A DNA stretch of 64,000 nt from Desulfomicrobium sp. (GCA_040768745.1 JAXGMI010000001.1:416001-480000); one strand, 5' to 3'. Shown: positions 48,546 to 59,724, counted from the first letter of the stretch. A program made the numbers and translations. The notes: generated from the sequence alone by a model not told the origin.

Positions 48546-51500
48546 ATGGCAAAGAACACGCAAAAGACCATTCAGCCCATTCACGCCCCACAAGAAGGGG
48601 AGATGCGCACAATAGACGTTACTCCAGATGCACCGATAAAACTGTCTCAAGAATTCGAGCAGGCCGAACCCAGAGTGGAAGGGGCTTCCCTGATATTCAC
48701 CTTTGCCAATGGTGGCCAGGTCGTGCTCGATTTTTCCGATCTGGGCCAAGCTGCATTGCCCAATATTGTTCTTGCCGATGGCACCGTGTTGAGTGTTGAT
48801 GAGTATCTGAGAGGTCTGGGCCTCCAGGAAATTGAAACTGCCGCAGGTCCCGGGACCCAAAGTGGAGGCGTGGGAGCCTACGAGGACGACCCCGGCGACA
48901 TCATCGACGGGGTGGCCAAGCTCGGAGGACTGGATCCAAGGGACTTCCCTGCCGTTACGGATGAAGAACTGCAAGGAAGAGGCGACGACGCGGGCCAGGC
49001 CACCATCCTCGACAACGACGAGCCCGTCCCCCCGACCCCGGCCGTGAGCGTCAGCGACGTGCAGGTCGACGAGGGCCAGGACGCCGTCTTCACGGTCAGC
49101 GTGACCAACGCGGCCCCAGGCAGCACCGTCACCCTGACCCTGGCCGACGGCACGGCCGTGGACGCCGACTACAACGAGGCCCGCTTCCAGTTCAGCACAG
49201 ACGGCACGACCTGGTCCGACGTGACCGGGCCCATTGACGTGCCGGACGGCAGCTCCACCCTGCTGGTCAGGACCGACACCGTGGACGACGCCTCGGACGA
49301 GCCAGACGAGACCTTCTCCCTTTCCGCGACCCTGAGCACCGGACAGAACGACGCGGGCCAGGCCACCATCCTCGACAACGACGAGCCCGTCCCCCCGACC
49401 CCGGCCGTGAGCGTCAGCGACGTGCAGGTCGACGAGGGCCAGGACGCCGTCTTCACGGTCAGCGTGACCAACGCGGCCCCAGGCAGCACCGTCACCCTGA
49501 CCCTGGCCGACGGCACGGCCGTGGACGCCGACTACAACGAGGCCCGCTTCCAGTTCAGCACAGACGGCACGACCTGGTCCGACGTGACCGGGCCCATTGA
49601 CGTGCCGGACGGCAGCTCCACCCTGCTGGTCAGGACCGACACCGTGGACGACGCCTCGGACGAGCCAGACGAGACCTTCTCCCTTTCCGCGACCCTGAGC
49701 ACCGGACAGAACGACGCGGGCCAGGCCACCATCCTCGACAACGACGAGCCCGTCCCCCCGACCCCGGCCGTGAGCGTCAGCGACGTGCAGGTCGACGAGG
49801 GCCAGGACGCCGTCTTCACGGTCAGCGTGACCAACGCGGCCCCAGGCAGCACCGTCACCCTGACCCTGGCCGACGGCACGGCCGTGGACGCCGACTACAA
49901 CGAGGCCCGCTTCCAGTTCAGCACAGACGGCACGACCTGGTCCGACGTGACCGGGCCCATTGACGTGCCGGACGGCAGCTCCACCCTGCTGGTCAGGACC
50001 GACACCGTGGACGACGCCTCGGACGAGCCAGACGAGACCTTCTCCCTTTCCGCGACCCTGAGCACCGGACAGAACGACGCGGGCCAGGCCACCATCCTCG
50101 ACAACGACGAGCCCGTCCCCCCGACCCCGGCCGTGAGCGTCAGCGACGTGCAGGTCGACGAGGGCCAGGACGCCGTCTTCACGGTCAGCGTGACCAACGC
50201 GGCCCCAGGCAGCACCGTCACCCTGACCCTGGCCGACGGCACGGCCGTGGACGCCGACTACAACGAGGCCCGCTTCCAGTTCAGCACAGACGGCACGACC
50301 TGGTCCGACGTGACCGGGCCCATTGACGTGCCGGACGGCAGCTCCACCCTGCTGGTCAGGACCGACACCGTGGACGACGCCTCGGACGAGCCAGACGAGA
50401 CCTTCTCCCTTTCCGCGACCCTGAGCACCGGACAGAACGACGCGGGCCAGGCCACCATCCTCGACAACGACGAGCCCGTCCCCCCGACCCCGGCCGTGAG
50501 CGTCAGCGACGTGCAGGTCGACGAGGGCCAGGACGCCGTCTTCACGGTCAGCGTGACCAACGCGGCCCCAGGCAGCACCGTCACCCTGACCCTGGCCGAC
50601 GGCACGGCCGTGGACGCCGACTACAACGAGGCCCGCTTCCAGTTCAGCACAGACGGCACGACCTGGTCCGACGTGACCGGGCCCATTGACGTGCCGGACG
50701 GCAGCTCCACCCTGCTGGTCAGGACCGACACCGTGGACGACGCCTCGGACGAGCCAGACGAGACCTTCTCCCTTTCCGCGACCCTGAGCACCGGACAGAA
50801 CGACGCGGGCCAGGCCACCATCCTCGACAACGACGAGCCCGTCCCCCCGACCCCGGCCGTGAGCGTCAGCGACGTGCAGGTCGACGAGGGCCAGGACGCC
50901 GTCTTCACGGTCAGCGTGACCAACGCGGCCCCAGGCAGCACCGTCACCCTGACCCTGGCCGACGGCACGGCCGTGGACGCCGACTACAACGAGGCCCGCT
51001 TCCAGTTCAGCACAGACGGCACGACCTGGTCCGACGTGACCGGGCCCATTGACGTGCCGGACGGCAGCTCCACCCTGCTGGTCAGGACCGACACCGTGGA
51101 CGACGCCTCGGACGAGCCAGACGAGACCTTCTCCCTTTCCGCGACCCTGAGCACCGGACAGAACGACGCGGGCCAGGCCACCATCCTCGACAACGACGAG
51201 CCCGTCCCCCCGACCCCGGCCGTGAGCGTCAGCGACGTGCAGGTCGACGAGGGCCAGGACGCCGTCTTCACGGTCAGCGTGACCAACGCGGCCCCAGGCA
51301 GCACCGTCACCCTGACCCTGGCCGACGGCACGGCCGTGGACGCCGACTACAACGAGGCCCGCTTCCAGTTCAGCACAGACGGCACGACCTGGTCCGACGT
51401 GACCGGGCCCATTGACGTGCCGGACGGCAGCTCCACCCTGCTGGTCAGGACCGACACCGTGGACGACGCCTCGGACGAGCCAGACGAGACCTTCTCCCTT

Positions 51501-54500
51501 TCCGCGACCCTGAGCACCGGACAGAACGACGCGGGCCAGGCCACCATCCTCGACAACGACGAGCCCGTCCCCCCGACCCCGGCCGTGAGCGTCAGCGACG
51601 TGCAGGTCGACGAGGGCCAGGACGCCGTCTTCACGGTCAGCGTGACCAACGCGGCCCCAGGCAGCACCGTCACCCTGACCCTGGCCGACGGCACGGCCGT
51701 GGACGCCGACTACAACGAGGCCCGCTTCCAGTTCAGCACAGACGGCACGACCTGGTCCGACGTGACCGGGCCCATTGACGTGCCGGACGGCAGCTCCACC
51801 CTGCTGGTCAGGACCGACACCGTGGACGACGCCTCGGACGAGCCAGACGAGACCTTCTCCCTTTCCGCGACCCTGAGCACCGGACAGAACGACGCGGGCC
51901 AGGCCACCATCCTCGACAACGACGAGCCCGTCCCCCCGACCCCGGCCGTGAGCGTCAGCGACGTGCAGGTCGACGAGGGCCAGGACGCCGTCTTCACGGT
52001 CAGCGTGACCAACGCGGCCCCAGGCAGCACCGTCACCCTGACCCTGGCCGACGGCACGGCCGTGGACGCCGACTACAACGAGGCCCGCTTCCAGTTCAGC
52101 ACAGACGGCACGACCTGGTCCGACGTGACCGGGCCCATTGACGTGCCGGACGGCAGCTCCACCCTGCTGGTCAGGACCGACACCGTGGACGACGCCTCGG
52201 ACGAGCCAGACGAGACCTTCTCCCTTTCCGCGACCCTGAGCACCGGACAGAACGACGCGGGCCAGGCCACCATCCTCGACAACGACGAGCCCGTCCCCCC
52301 GACCCCGGCCGTGAGCGTCAGCGACGTGCAGGTCGACGAGGGCCAGGACGCCGTCTTCACGGTCAGCGTGACCAACGCGGCCCCAGGCAGCACCGTCACC
52401 CTGACCCTGGCCGACGGCACGGCCGTGGACGCCGACTACAACGAGGCCCGCTTCCAGTTCAGCACAGACGGCACGACCTGGTCCGACGTGACCGGGCCCA
52501 TTGACGTGCCGGACGGCAGCTCCACCCTGCTGGTCAGGACCGACACCGTGGACGACGCCTCGGACGAGCCAGACGAGACCTTCTCCCTTTCCGCGACCCT
52601 GAGCACCGGACAGAACGACGCGGGCCAGGCCACCATCCTCGACAACGACGAGCCCGTCCCCCCGACCCCGGCCGTGAGCGTCAGCGACGTGCAGGTCGAC
52701 GAGGGCCAGGACGCCGTCTTCACGGTCAGCGTGACCAACGCGGCCCCAGGCAGCACCGTCACCCTGACCCTGGCCGACGGCACGGCCGTGGACGCCGACT
52801 ACAACGAGGCCCGCTTCCAGTTCAGCACAGACGGCACGACCTGGTCCGACGTGACCGGGCCCATTGACGTGCCGGACGGCAGCTCCACCCTGCTGGTCAG
52901 GACCGACACCGTGGACGACGCCTCGGACGAGCCAGACGAGACCTTCTCCCTTTCCGCGACCCTGAGCACCGGACAGAACGACGCGGGCCAGGCCACCATC
53001 CTCGACAACGACGAGCCCGTCCCCCCGACCCCGGCCGTGAGCGTCAGCGACGTGCAGGTCGACGAGGGCCAGGACGCCGTCTTCACGGTCAGCGTGACCA
53101 ACGCGGCCCCAGGCAGCACCGTCACCCTGACCCTGGCCGACGGCACGGCCGTGGACGCCGACTACAACGAGGCCCGCTTCCAGTTCAGCACAGACGGCAC
53201 GACCTGGTCCGACGTGACCGGGCCCATTGACGTGCCGGACGGCAGCTCCACCCTGCTGGTCAGGACCGACACCGTGGACGACGCCTCGGACGAGCCAGAC
53301 GAGACCTTCTCCCTTTCCGCGACCCTGAGCACCGGACAGAACGACGCGGGCCAGGCCACCATCCTCGACAACGACGAGCCCGTCCCCCCGACCCCGGCCG
53401 TGAGCGTCAGCGACGTGCAGGTCGACGAGGGCCAGGACGCCGTCTTCACGGTCAGCGTGACCAACGCGGCCCCAGGCAGCACCGTCACCCTGACCCTGGC
53501 CGACGGCACGGCCGTGGACGCCGACTACAACGAGGCCCGCTTCCAGTTCAGCACAGACGGCACGACCTGGTCCGACGTGACCGGGCCCATTGACGTGCCG
53601 GACGGCAGCTCCACCCTGCTGGTCAGGACCGACACCGTGGACGACGCCTCGGACGAGCCAGACGAGACCTTCTCCCTTTCCGCGACCCTGAGCACCGGAC
53701 AGAACGACGCGGGCCAGGCCACCATCCTCGACAACGACGAGCCCGTCCCCCCGACCCCGGCCGTGAGCGTCAGCGACGTGCAGGTCGACGAGGGCCAGGA
53801 CGCCGTCTTCACGGTCAGCGTGACCAACGCGGCCCCAGGCAGCACCGTCACCCTGACCCTGGCCGACGGCACGGCCGTGGACGCCGACTACAACGAGGCC
53901 CGCTTCCAGTTCAGCACAGACGGCACGACCTGGTCCGACGTGACCGGGCCCATTGACGTGCCGGACGGCAGCTCCACCCTGCTGGTCAGGACCGACACCG
54001 TGGACGACGCCTCGGACGAGCCAGACGAGACCTTCTCCCTTTCCGCGACCCTGAGCACCGGACAGAACGACGCGGGCCAGGCCACCATCCTCGACAACGA
54101 CGAGCCCGTCCCCCCGACCCCGGCCGTGAGCGTCAGCGACGTGCAGGTCGACGAGGGCCAGGACGCCGTCTTCACGGTCAGCGTGACCAACGCGGCCCCA
54201 GGCAGCACCGTCACCCTGACCCTGGCCGACGGCACGGCCGTGGACGCCGACTACAACGAGGCCCGCTTCCAGTTCAGCACAGACGGCACGACCTGGTCCG
54301 ACGTGACCGGGCCCATTGACGTGCCGGACGGCAGCTCCACCCTGCTGGTCAGGACCGACACCGTGGACGACGCCTCGGACGAGCCAGACGAGACCTTCTC
54401 CCTTTCCGCGACCCTGAGCACCGGACAGAACGACGCGGGCCAGGCCACCATCCTCGACAACGACGAGCCCGTCCCCCCGACCCCGGCCGTGAGCGTCAGC

Positions 54501-57500
54501 GACGTGCAGGTCGACGAGGGCCAGGACGCCGTCTTCACGGTCAGCGTGACCAACGCGGCCCCAGGCAGCACCGTCACCCTGACCCTGGCCGACGGCACGG
54601 CCGTGGACGCCGACTACAACGAGGCCCGCTTCCAGTTCAGCACAGACGGCACGACCTGGTCCGACGTGACCGGGCCCATTGACGTGCCGGACGGCAGCTC
54701 CACCCTGCTGGTCAGGACCGACACCGTGGACGACGCCTCGGACGAGCCAGACGAGACCTTCTCCCTTTCCGCGACCCTGAGCACCGGACAGAACGACGCG
54801 GGCCAGGCCACCATCCTCGACAACGACGAGCCCGTCCCCCCGACCCCGGCCGTGAGCGTCAGCGACGTGCAGGTCGACGAGGGCCAGGACGCCGTCTTCA
54901 CGGTCAGCGTGACCAACGCGGCCCCAGGCAGCACCGTCACCCTGACCCTGGCCGACGGCACGGCCGTGGACGCCGACTACAACGAGGCCCGCTTCCAGTT
55001 CAGCACAGACGGCACGACCTGGTCCGACGTGACCGGGCCCATTGACGTGCCGGACGGCAGCTCCACCCTGCTGGTCAGGACCGACACCGTGGACGACGCC
55101 TCGGACGAGCCAGACGAGACCTTCTCCCTTTCCGCGACCCTGAGCACCGGACAGAACGACGCGGGCCAGGCCACCATCCTCGACAACGACGAGCCCGTCC
55201 CCCCGACCCCGGCCGTGAGCGTCAGCGACGTGCAGGTCGACGAGGGCCAGGACGCCGTCTTCACGGTCAGCGTGACCAACGCGGCCCCAGGCAGCACCGT
55301 CACCCTGACCCTGGCCGACGGCACGGCCGTGGACGCCGACTACAACGAGGCCCGCTTCCAGTTCAGCACAGACGGCACGACCTGGTCCGACGTGACCGGG
55401 CCCATTGACGTGCCGGACGGCAGCTCCACCCTGCTGGTCAGGACCGACACCGTGGACGACGCCTCGGACGAGCCAGACGAGACCTTCTCCCTTTCCGCGA
55501 CCCTGAGCACCGGACAGAACGACGCGGGCCAGGCCACCATCCTCGACAACGACGAGCCCGTCCCCCCGACCCCGGCCGTGAGCGTCAGCGACGTGCAGGT
55601 CGACGAGGGCCAGGACGCCGTCTTCACGGTCAGCGTGACCAACGCGGCCCCAGGCAGCACCGTCACCCTGACCCTGGCCGACGGCACGGCCGTGGACGCC
55701 GACTACAACGAGGCCCGCTTCCAGTTCAGCACAGACGGCACGACCTGGTCCGACGTGACCGGGCCCATTGACGTGCCGGACGGCAGCTCCACCCTGCTGG
55801 TCAGGACCGACACCGTGGACGACGCCTCGGACGAGCCAGACGAGACCTTCTCCCTTTCCGCGACCCTGAGCACCGGACAGAACGACGCGGGCCAGGCCAC
55901 CATCCTCGACAACGACGAGCCCGTCCCCCCGACCCCGGCCGTGAGCGTCAGCGACGTGCAGGTCGACGAGGGCCAGGACGCCGTCTTCACGGTCAGCGTG
56001 ACCAACGCGGCCCCAGGCAGCACCGTCACCCTGACCCTGGCCGACGGCACGGCCGTGGACGCCGACTACAACGAGGCCCGCTTCCAGTTCAGCACAGACG
56101 GCACGACCTGGTCCGACGTGACCGGGCCCATTGACGTGCCGGACGGCAGCTCCACCCTGCTGGTCAGGACCGACACCGTGGACGACGCCTCGGACGAGCC
56201 AGACGAGACCTTCTCCCTTTCCGCGACCCTGAGCACCGGACAGAACGACGCGGGCCAGGCCACCATCCTCGACAACGACGAGCCCGTCCCCCCGACCCCG
56301 GCCGTGAGCGTCAGCGACGTGCAGGTCGACGAGGGCCAGGACGCCGTCTTCACGGTCAGCGTGACCAACGCGGCCCCAGGCAGCACCGTCACCCTGACCC
56401 TGGCCGACGGCACGGCCGTGGACGCCGACTACAACGAGGCCCGCTTCCAGTTCAGCACAGACGGCACGACCTGGTCCGACGTGACCGGGCCCATTGACGT
56501 GCCGGACGGCAGCTCCACCCTGCTGGTCAGGACCGACACCGTGGACGACGCCTCGGACGAGCCAGACGAGACCTTCTCCCTTTCCGCGACCCTGAGCACC
56601 GGACAGAACGACGCGGGCCAGGCCACCATCCTCGACAACGACGAGCCCGTCCCCCCGACCCCGGCCGTGAGCGTCAGCGACGTGCAGGTCGACGAGGGCC
56701 AGGACGCCGTCTTCACGGTCAGCGTGACCAACGCGGCCCCAGGCAGCACCGTCACCCTGACCCTGGCCGACGGCACGGCCGTGGACGCCGACTACAACGA
56801 GGCCCGCTTCCAGTTCAGCACAGACGGCACGACCTGGTCCGACGTGACCGGGCCCATTGACGTGCCGGACGGCAGCTCCACCCTGCTGGTCAGGACCGAC
56901 ACCGTGGACGACGCCTCGGACGAGCCAGACGAGACCTTCTCCCTTTCCGCGACCCTGAGCACCGGACAGAACGACGCGGGCCAGGCCACCATCCTCGACA
57001 ACGACGAGCCCGTCCCCCCGACCCCGGCCGTGAGCGTCAGCGACGTGCAGGTCGACGAGGGCCAGGACGCCGTCTTCACGGTCAGCGTGACCAACGCGGC
57101 CCCAGGCAGCACCGTCACCCTGACCCTGGCCGACGGCACGGCCGTGGACGCCGACTACAACGAGGCCCGCTTCCAGTTCAGCACAGACGGCACGACCTGG
57201 TCCGACGTGACCGGGCCCATTGACGTGCCGGACGGCAGCTCCACCCTGCTGGTCAGGACCGACACCGTGGACGACGCCTCGGACGAGCCAGACGAGACCT
57301 TCTCCCTTTCCGCGACCCTGAGCACCGGACAGAACGACGCGGGCCAGGCCACCATCCTCGACAACGACGAGCCCGCGGACGACCAGCCGACAGTGAAGAG
57401 CTTCACACACACCCTGGTCGAAGACGGCGACGCCTACGATGTTTCCGGCGACGCACTTTCCGGTTCGAGCCTCGGCAACGGGACAGCGATGGAGCACGCG

Positions 57501-59645
57501 TTCGTATGGACAACAGCCCCGACGGCGGCCCAGTACGGAACCGTGACCCTGAACCCCGACGGGACATACAGCTACACGCTGGACAACACCAATCCTGAGG
57601 TGGACGCCTTGCAGGCGAACCAGCAGCTCACGGAAACCTTCCTGTACACATACACGGACACCGACGGCGACGAAGCGACGGGCAGCGTGACGATCACCAT
57701 CACGGGCGCTAACGATGCCCCGGTGGTCTATCCTGACACGAACTGGGCCATGGATGCCACAACCCCTGGCGGTGAAAACGAGCATATCCTGGCTGTGGGC
57801 AATGTCCTTGTCAGCTCCCCGCATTCCGGCGCCCCTGATGGACTCGACCGCGGAGACGTGAAAGACCAGGATGTGGATGCAACGGACACGCTGTCCGTCA
57901 TCCAGATACGTCTTGGCAATGCCGGCGCGGACCTGCCCGTGCAATCGGCCACGACATTCGAAGACGGAACAATCATCCAGGGCCTGTACGGAACATTATC
58001 CATCGGAGCGGATGGATCATACGTGTATGTGGTGGATTTTGACCATCCCGACGTCAACAGGCTGAACGTCGGAGAACATCTCCTGGATGTATTTACCTAT
58101 ACAGCAACGGATGGGAGCCTGCCGCGGGAAACCACGCTCAGCATCGCCGTGTTCGGGACCGACGATCCCCCGGTTTTCTCTCCGGCCATTGAAACATGGG
58201 TTCCCCTGGATTCGACACAAACGACTCCCGGCTATGAACTCGGATACCCCATCACTCTCGACATCCAGGATGTGGACTCGTCCTTCGGCATCAGATTCAT
58301 TGCTTCGCTGCCGGATGGCGACGCCCAGGCGGATGGACGCCTCGTTTACTACGAAAACGGTGAATCTGTGGACGTCACCGCAGGTACCGTGTTCGAATAT
58401 GAAGCGATTCCGCAGATCTACTACATTCCTCCTGCAGGAGTCGAGCTGACTTCGACATATCTGGATTCCGTGTCGTACGAAATCGTCGACAGCGACTCGG
58501 GCATGGTGTCCGGCACCGGAATCGTCAATATCCATGCTGTTCCTCCAGCAGCAATTGCCGGTCCGACTGCGCAGATCGGGGATGGAACCAATCCGCTGAA
58601 CTCTGGATCGGATCAGAAGTTCACCATCACATTCGCCAACGATACAGGAATGAACTTCATCAACTCGTTGCAGAACAATCTGGATGATGCCCACCTGACC
58701 ATGTACACCGATTTCCAGGTCGCCCCTTTCACCGTCCCTGTGGATGCAGGCAGCCAGGACGGACTTTTTCTTGAACAGCAGGTCCAGGTCCGGCTTGAAA
58801 TAGACGGACAGACATTCCTGGTCAAAAATGCGTCCGCAATGGATTCCGACACGTGGGCCTATGACTCCGAGACGGGATTGATGAAGGCTGTCGTGGACTT
58901 CGATGACATCATGCTGGCATTCGACAATGATCCCAACAAAAACAAGGATGACTGGCAGGTGGATCCCCATGGTGAAGGACCGGGCAACACCCTGACCTTG
59001 GCGGAATACCTGACTGCCCACCCGGCCAGCCCCACGGACACCTGGATCCTGATCTACAACGACACGACCGGAGGCAGCGAACAGGCACGCTTTGTCAGCT
59101 TTGCGTTCAGCGCCAACCAGGAAGGGGATGACAGCGTGGTTGTCACCGGAACGTCCGGTCTTCCGAACTTCATATTCGGCTCAGACACGGGCAATGATAT
59201 CCTCACCGGAGCCGACATGGATGACACCATCATTGGCCGTGGCGGGAATGATACCTTGTCCGGACAGGGAGGTGACGACATCCTCCTTGGCGGGGCCGGA
59301 AGCGACACCTTCAGATATACGGCCGGTGATGTTGGGGACGGTCACGACACCATCATGGACTTTCATGTTGCGCCCCTGGATGCGGAAGGCGACGTTCTCG
59401 ACTTCACTGGCGGCCTGACTGGTGCCACTCTGGACAACATCAGTTCCTTTCTCGAGTTCAGGAATATCAGCCAGAATCCTGACGGCAGCACAAAGGCGGA
59501 TTTGTTTGTCGATCAGAATGGGAGTGCAGGCGGAACTGATTTCGCATCAATTGCCACTGTACACATGACAGGAGTCGGCGACGCTGAATCTGGTACAGAA
59601 ATCCTGAATGCAATGATTGAAAACAATTCGATCAAGATCGCATGA
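48546..59645 (+). CDS. Giant T1SS-secreted RTX adhesin (LapA-like), 3699 aa
   Basis: N-terminal retention module with ETAAG; 23 Calx-beta-like 121-aa repeats; two VCBS-like repeats (YGT.T..PDG.Y.Y); a unique domain; RTX nonapeptides (GRGGNDTLS, GGAGSDTF); T1SS C-terminal signal (DTIMDF...DVLDF). Confidence 0.95.
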   Translation: MAKNTQKTIQPIHAPQEGEMRTIDVTPDAPIKLSQEFEQAEPRVEGASLIFTFANGGQVVLDFSDLGQAALPNIVLADGTVLSVDEYLRGLGLQEIETAAGPGTQSGGVGAYEDDPGDIIDGVAKLGGLDPRDFPAVTDEELQGRGDDAGQATILDNDEPVPPTPAVSVSDVQVDEGQDAVFTVSVTNAAPGSTVTLTLADGTAVDADYNEARFQFSTDGTTWSDVTGPIDVPDGSSTLLVRTDTVDDASDEPDETFSLSATLSTGQNDAGQATILDNDEPVPPTPAVSVSDVQVDEGQDAVFTVSVTNAAPGSTVTLTLADGTAVDADYNEARFQFSTDGTTWSDVTGPIDVPDGSSTLLVRTDTVDDASDEPDETFSLSATLSTGQNDAGQATILDNDEPVPPTPAVSVSDVQVDEGQDAVFTVSVTNAAPGSTVTLTLADGTAVDADYNEARFQFSTDGTTWSDVTGPIDVPDGSSTLLVRTDTVDDASDEPDETFSLSATLSTGQNDAGQATILDNDEPVPPTPAVSVSDVQVDEGQDAVFTVSVTNAAPGSTVTLTLADGTAVDADYNEARFQFSTDGTTWSDVTGPIDVPDGSSTLLVRTDTVDDASDEPDETFSLSATLSTGQNDAGQATILDNDEPVPPTPAVSVSDVQVDEGQDAVFTVSVTNAAPGSTVTLTLADGTAVDADYNEARFQFSTDGTTWSDVTGPIDVPDGSSTLLVRTDTVDDASDEPDETFSLSATLSTGQNDAGQATILDNDEPVPPTPAVSVSDVQVDEGQDAVFTVSVTNAAPGSTVTLTLADGTAVDADYNEARFQFSTDGTTWSDVTGPIDVPDGSSTLLVRTDTVDDASDEPDETFSLSATLSTGQNDAGQATILDNDEPVPPTPAVSVSDVQVDEGQDAVFTVSVTNAAPGSTVTLTLADGTAVDADYNEARFQFSTDGTTWSDVTGPIDVPDGSSTLLVRTDTVDDASDEPDETFSLSATLSTGQNDAGQATILDNDEPVPPTPAVSVSDVQVDEGQDAVFTVSVTNAAPGSTVTLTLADGTAVDADYNEARFQFSTDGTTWSDVTGPIDVPDGSSTLLVRTDTVDDASDEPDETFSLSATLSTGQNDAGQATILDNDEPVPPTPAVSVSDVQVDEGQDAVFTVSVTNAAPGSTVTLTLADGTAVDADYNEARFQFSTDGTTWSDVTGPIDVPDGSSTLLVRTDTVDDASDEPDETFSLSATLSTGQNDAGQATILDNDEPVPPTPAVSVSDVQVDEGQDAVFTVSVTNAAPGSTVTLTLADGTAVDADYNEARFQFSTDGTTWSDVTGPIDVPDGSSTLLVRTDTVDDASDEPDETFSLSATLSTGQNDAGQATILDNDEPVPPTPAVSVSDVQVDEGQDAVFTVSVTNAAPGSTVTLTLADGTAVDADYNEARFQFSTDGTTWSDVTGPIDVPDGSSTLLVRTDTVDDASDEPDETFSLSATLSTGQNDAGQATILDNDEPVPPTPAVSVSDVQVDEGQDAVFTVSVTNAAPGSTVTLTLADGTAVDADYNEARFQFSTDGTTWSDVTGPIDVPDGSSTLLVRTDTVDDASDEPDETFSLSATLSTGQNDAGQATILDNDEPVPPTPAVSVSDVQVDEGQDAVFTVSVTNAAPGSTVTLTLADGTAVDADYNEARFQFSTDGTTWSDVTGPIDVPDGSSTLLVRTDTVDDASDEPDETFSLSATLSTGQNDAGQATILDNDEPVPPTPAVSVSDVQVDEGQDAVFTVSVTNAAPGSTVTLTLADGTAVDADYNEARFQFSTDGTTWSDVTGPIDVPDGSSTLLVRTDTVDDASDEPDETFSLSATLSTGQNDAGQATILDNDEPVPPTPAVSVSDVQVDEGQDAVFTVSVTNAAPGSTVTLTLADGTAVDADYNEARFQFSTDGTTWSDVTGPIDVPDGSSTLLVRTDTVDDASDEPDETFSLSATLSTGQNDAGQATILDNDEPVPPTPAVSVSDVQVDEGQDAVFTVSVTNAAPGSTVTLTLADGTAVDADYNEARFQFSTDGTTWSDVTGPIDVPDGSSTLLVRTDTVDDASDEPDETFSLSATLSTGQNDAGQATILDNDEPVPPTPAVSVSDVQVDEGQDAVFTVSVTNAAPGSTVTLTLADGTAVDADYNEARFQFSTDGTTWSDVTGPIDVPDGSSTLLVRTDTVDDASDEPDETFSLSATLSTGQNDAGQATILDNDEPVPPTPAVSVSDVQVDEGQDAVFTVSVTNAAPGSTVTLTLADGTAVDADYNEARFQFSTDGTTWSDVTGPIDVPDGSSTLLVRTDTVDDASDEPDETFSLSATLSTGQNDAGQATILDNDEPVPPTPAVSVSDVQVDEGQDAVFTVSVTNAAPGSTVTLTLADGTAVDADYNEARFQFSTDGTTWSDVTGPIDVPDGSSTLLVRTDTVDDASDEPDETFSLSATLSTGQNDAGQATILDNDEPVPPTPAVSVSDVQVDEGQDAVFTVSVTNAAPGSTVTLTLADGTAVDADYNEARFQFSTDGTTWSDVTGPIDVPDGSSTLLVRTDTVDDASDEPDETFSLSATLSTGQNDAGQATILDNDEPVPPTPAVSVSDVQVDEGQDAVFTVSVTNAAPGSTVTLTLADGTAVDADYNEARFQFSTDGTTWSDVTGPIDVPDGSSTLLVRTDTVDDASDEPDETFSLSATLSTGQNDAGQATILDNDEPVPPTPAVSVSDVQVDEGQDAVFTVSVTNAAPGSTVTLTLADGTAVDADYNEARFQFSTDGTTWSDVTGPIDVPDGSSTLLVRTDTVDDASDEPDETFSLSATLSTGQNDAGQATILDNDEPVPPTPAVSVSDVQVDEGQDAVFTVSVTNAAPGSTVTLTLADGTAVDADYNEARFQFSTDGTTWSDVTGPIDVPDGSSTLLVRTDTVDDASDEPDETFSLSATLSTGQNDAGQATILDNDEPADDQPTVKSFTHTLVEDGDAYDVSGDALSGSSLGNGTAMEHAFVWTTAPTAAQYGTVTLNPDGTYSYTLDNTNPEVDALQANQQLTETFLYTYTDTDGDEATGSVTITITGANDAPVVYPDTNWAMDATTPGGENEHILAVGNVLVSSPHSGAPDGLDRGDVKDQDVDATDTLSVIQIRLGNAGADLPVQSATTFEDGTIIQGLYGTLSIGADGSYVYVVDFDHPDVNRLNVGEHLLDVFTYTATDGSLPRETTLSIAVFGTDDPPVFSPAIETWVPLDSTQTTPGYELGYPITLDIQDVDSSFGIRFIASLPDGDAQADGRLVYYENGESVDVTAGTVFEYEAIPQIYYIPPAGVELTSTYLDSVSYEIVDSDSGMVSGTGIVNIHAVPPAAIAGPTAQIGDGTNPLNSGSDQKFTITFANDTGMNFINSLQNNLDDAHLTMYTDFQVAPFTVPVDAGSQDGLFLEQQVQVRLEIDGQTFLVKNASAMDSDTWAYDSETGLMKAVVDFDDIMLAFDNDPNKNKDDWQVDPHGEGPGNTLTLAEYLTAHPASPTDTWILIYNDTTGGSEQARFVSFAFSANQEGDDSVVVTGTSGLPNFIFGSDTGNDILTGADMDDTIIGRGGNDTLSGQGGDDILLGGAGSDTFRYTAGDVGDGHDTIMDFHVAPLDAEGDVLDFTGGLTGATLDNISSFLEFRNISQNPDGSTKADLFVDQNGSAGGTDFASIATVHMTGVGDAESGTEILNAMIENNSIKIA
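48985..57375 (+). repeat. Tandem array of 23 x 363-bp units (+42 bp) encoding Calx-beta-like domains
   Basis: Recurring antisense ORFs step by exactly 363 bp (49153 to 57139); the translated repeats are identical and I saw no nucleotide differences. Confidence 0.95.
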
Positions 59646-59724
59646 AGACAAGAATATACGCTTTGATTTACATCTCTTAATTTTCAGAAATTCAATAAAT
59701 TTGAGAGATACAAAGGGCTGCACA

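Noticed and set aside
48402..57944. 3180-aa ORF on the minus strand and the 115-aa ORFs recurring every 363 bp
   Set aside because: Antisense shadows of the adhesin repeat array. A single stop-free unit repeated 23 times gives a giant ORF, and no recognisable domains are present.
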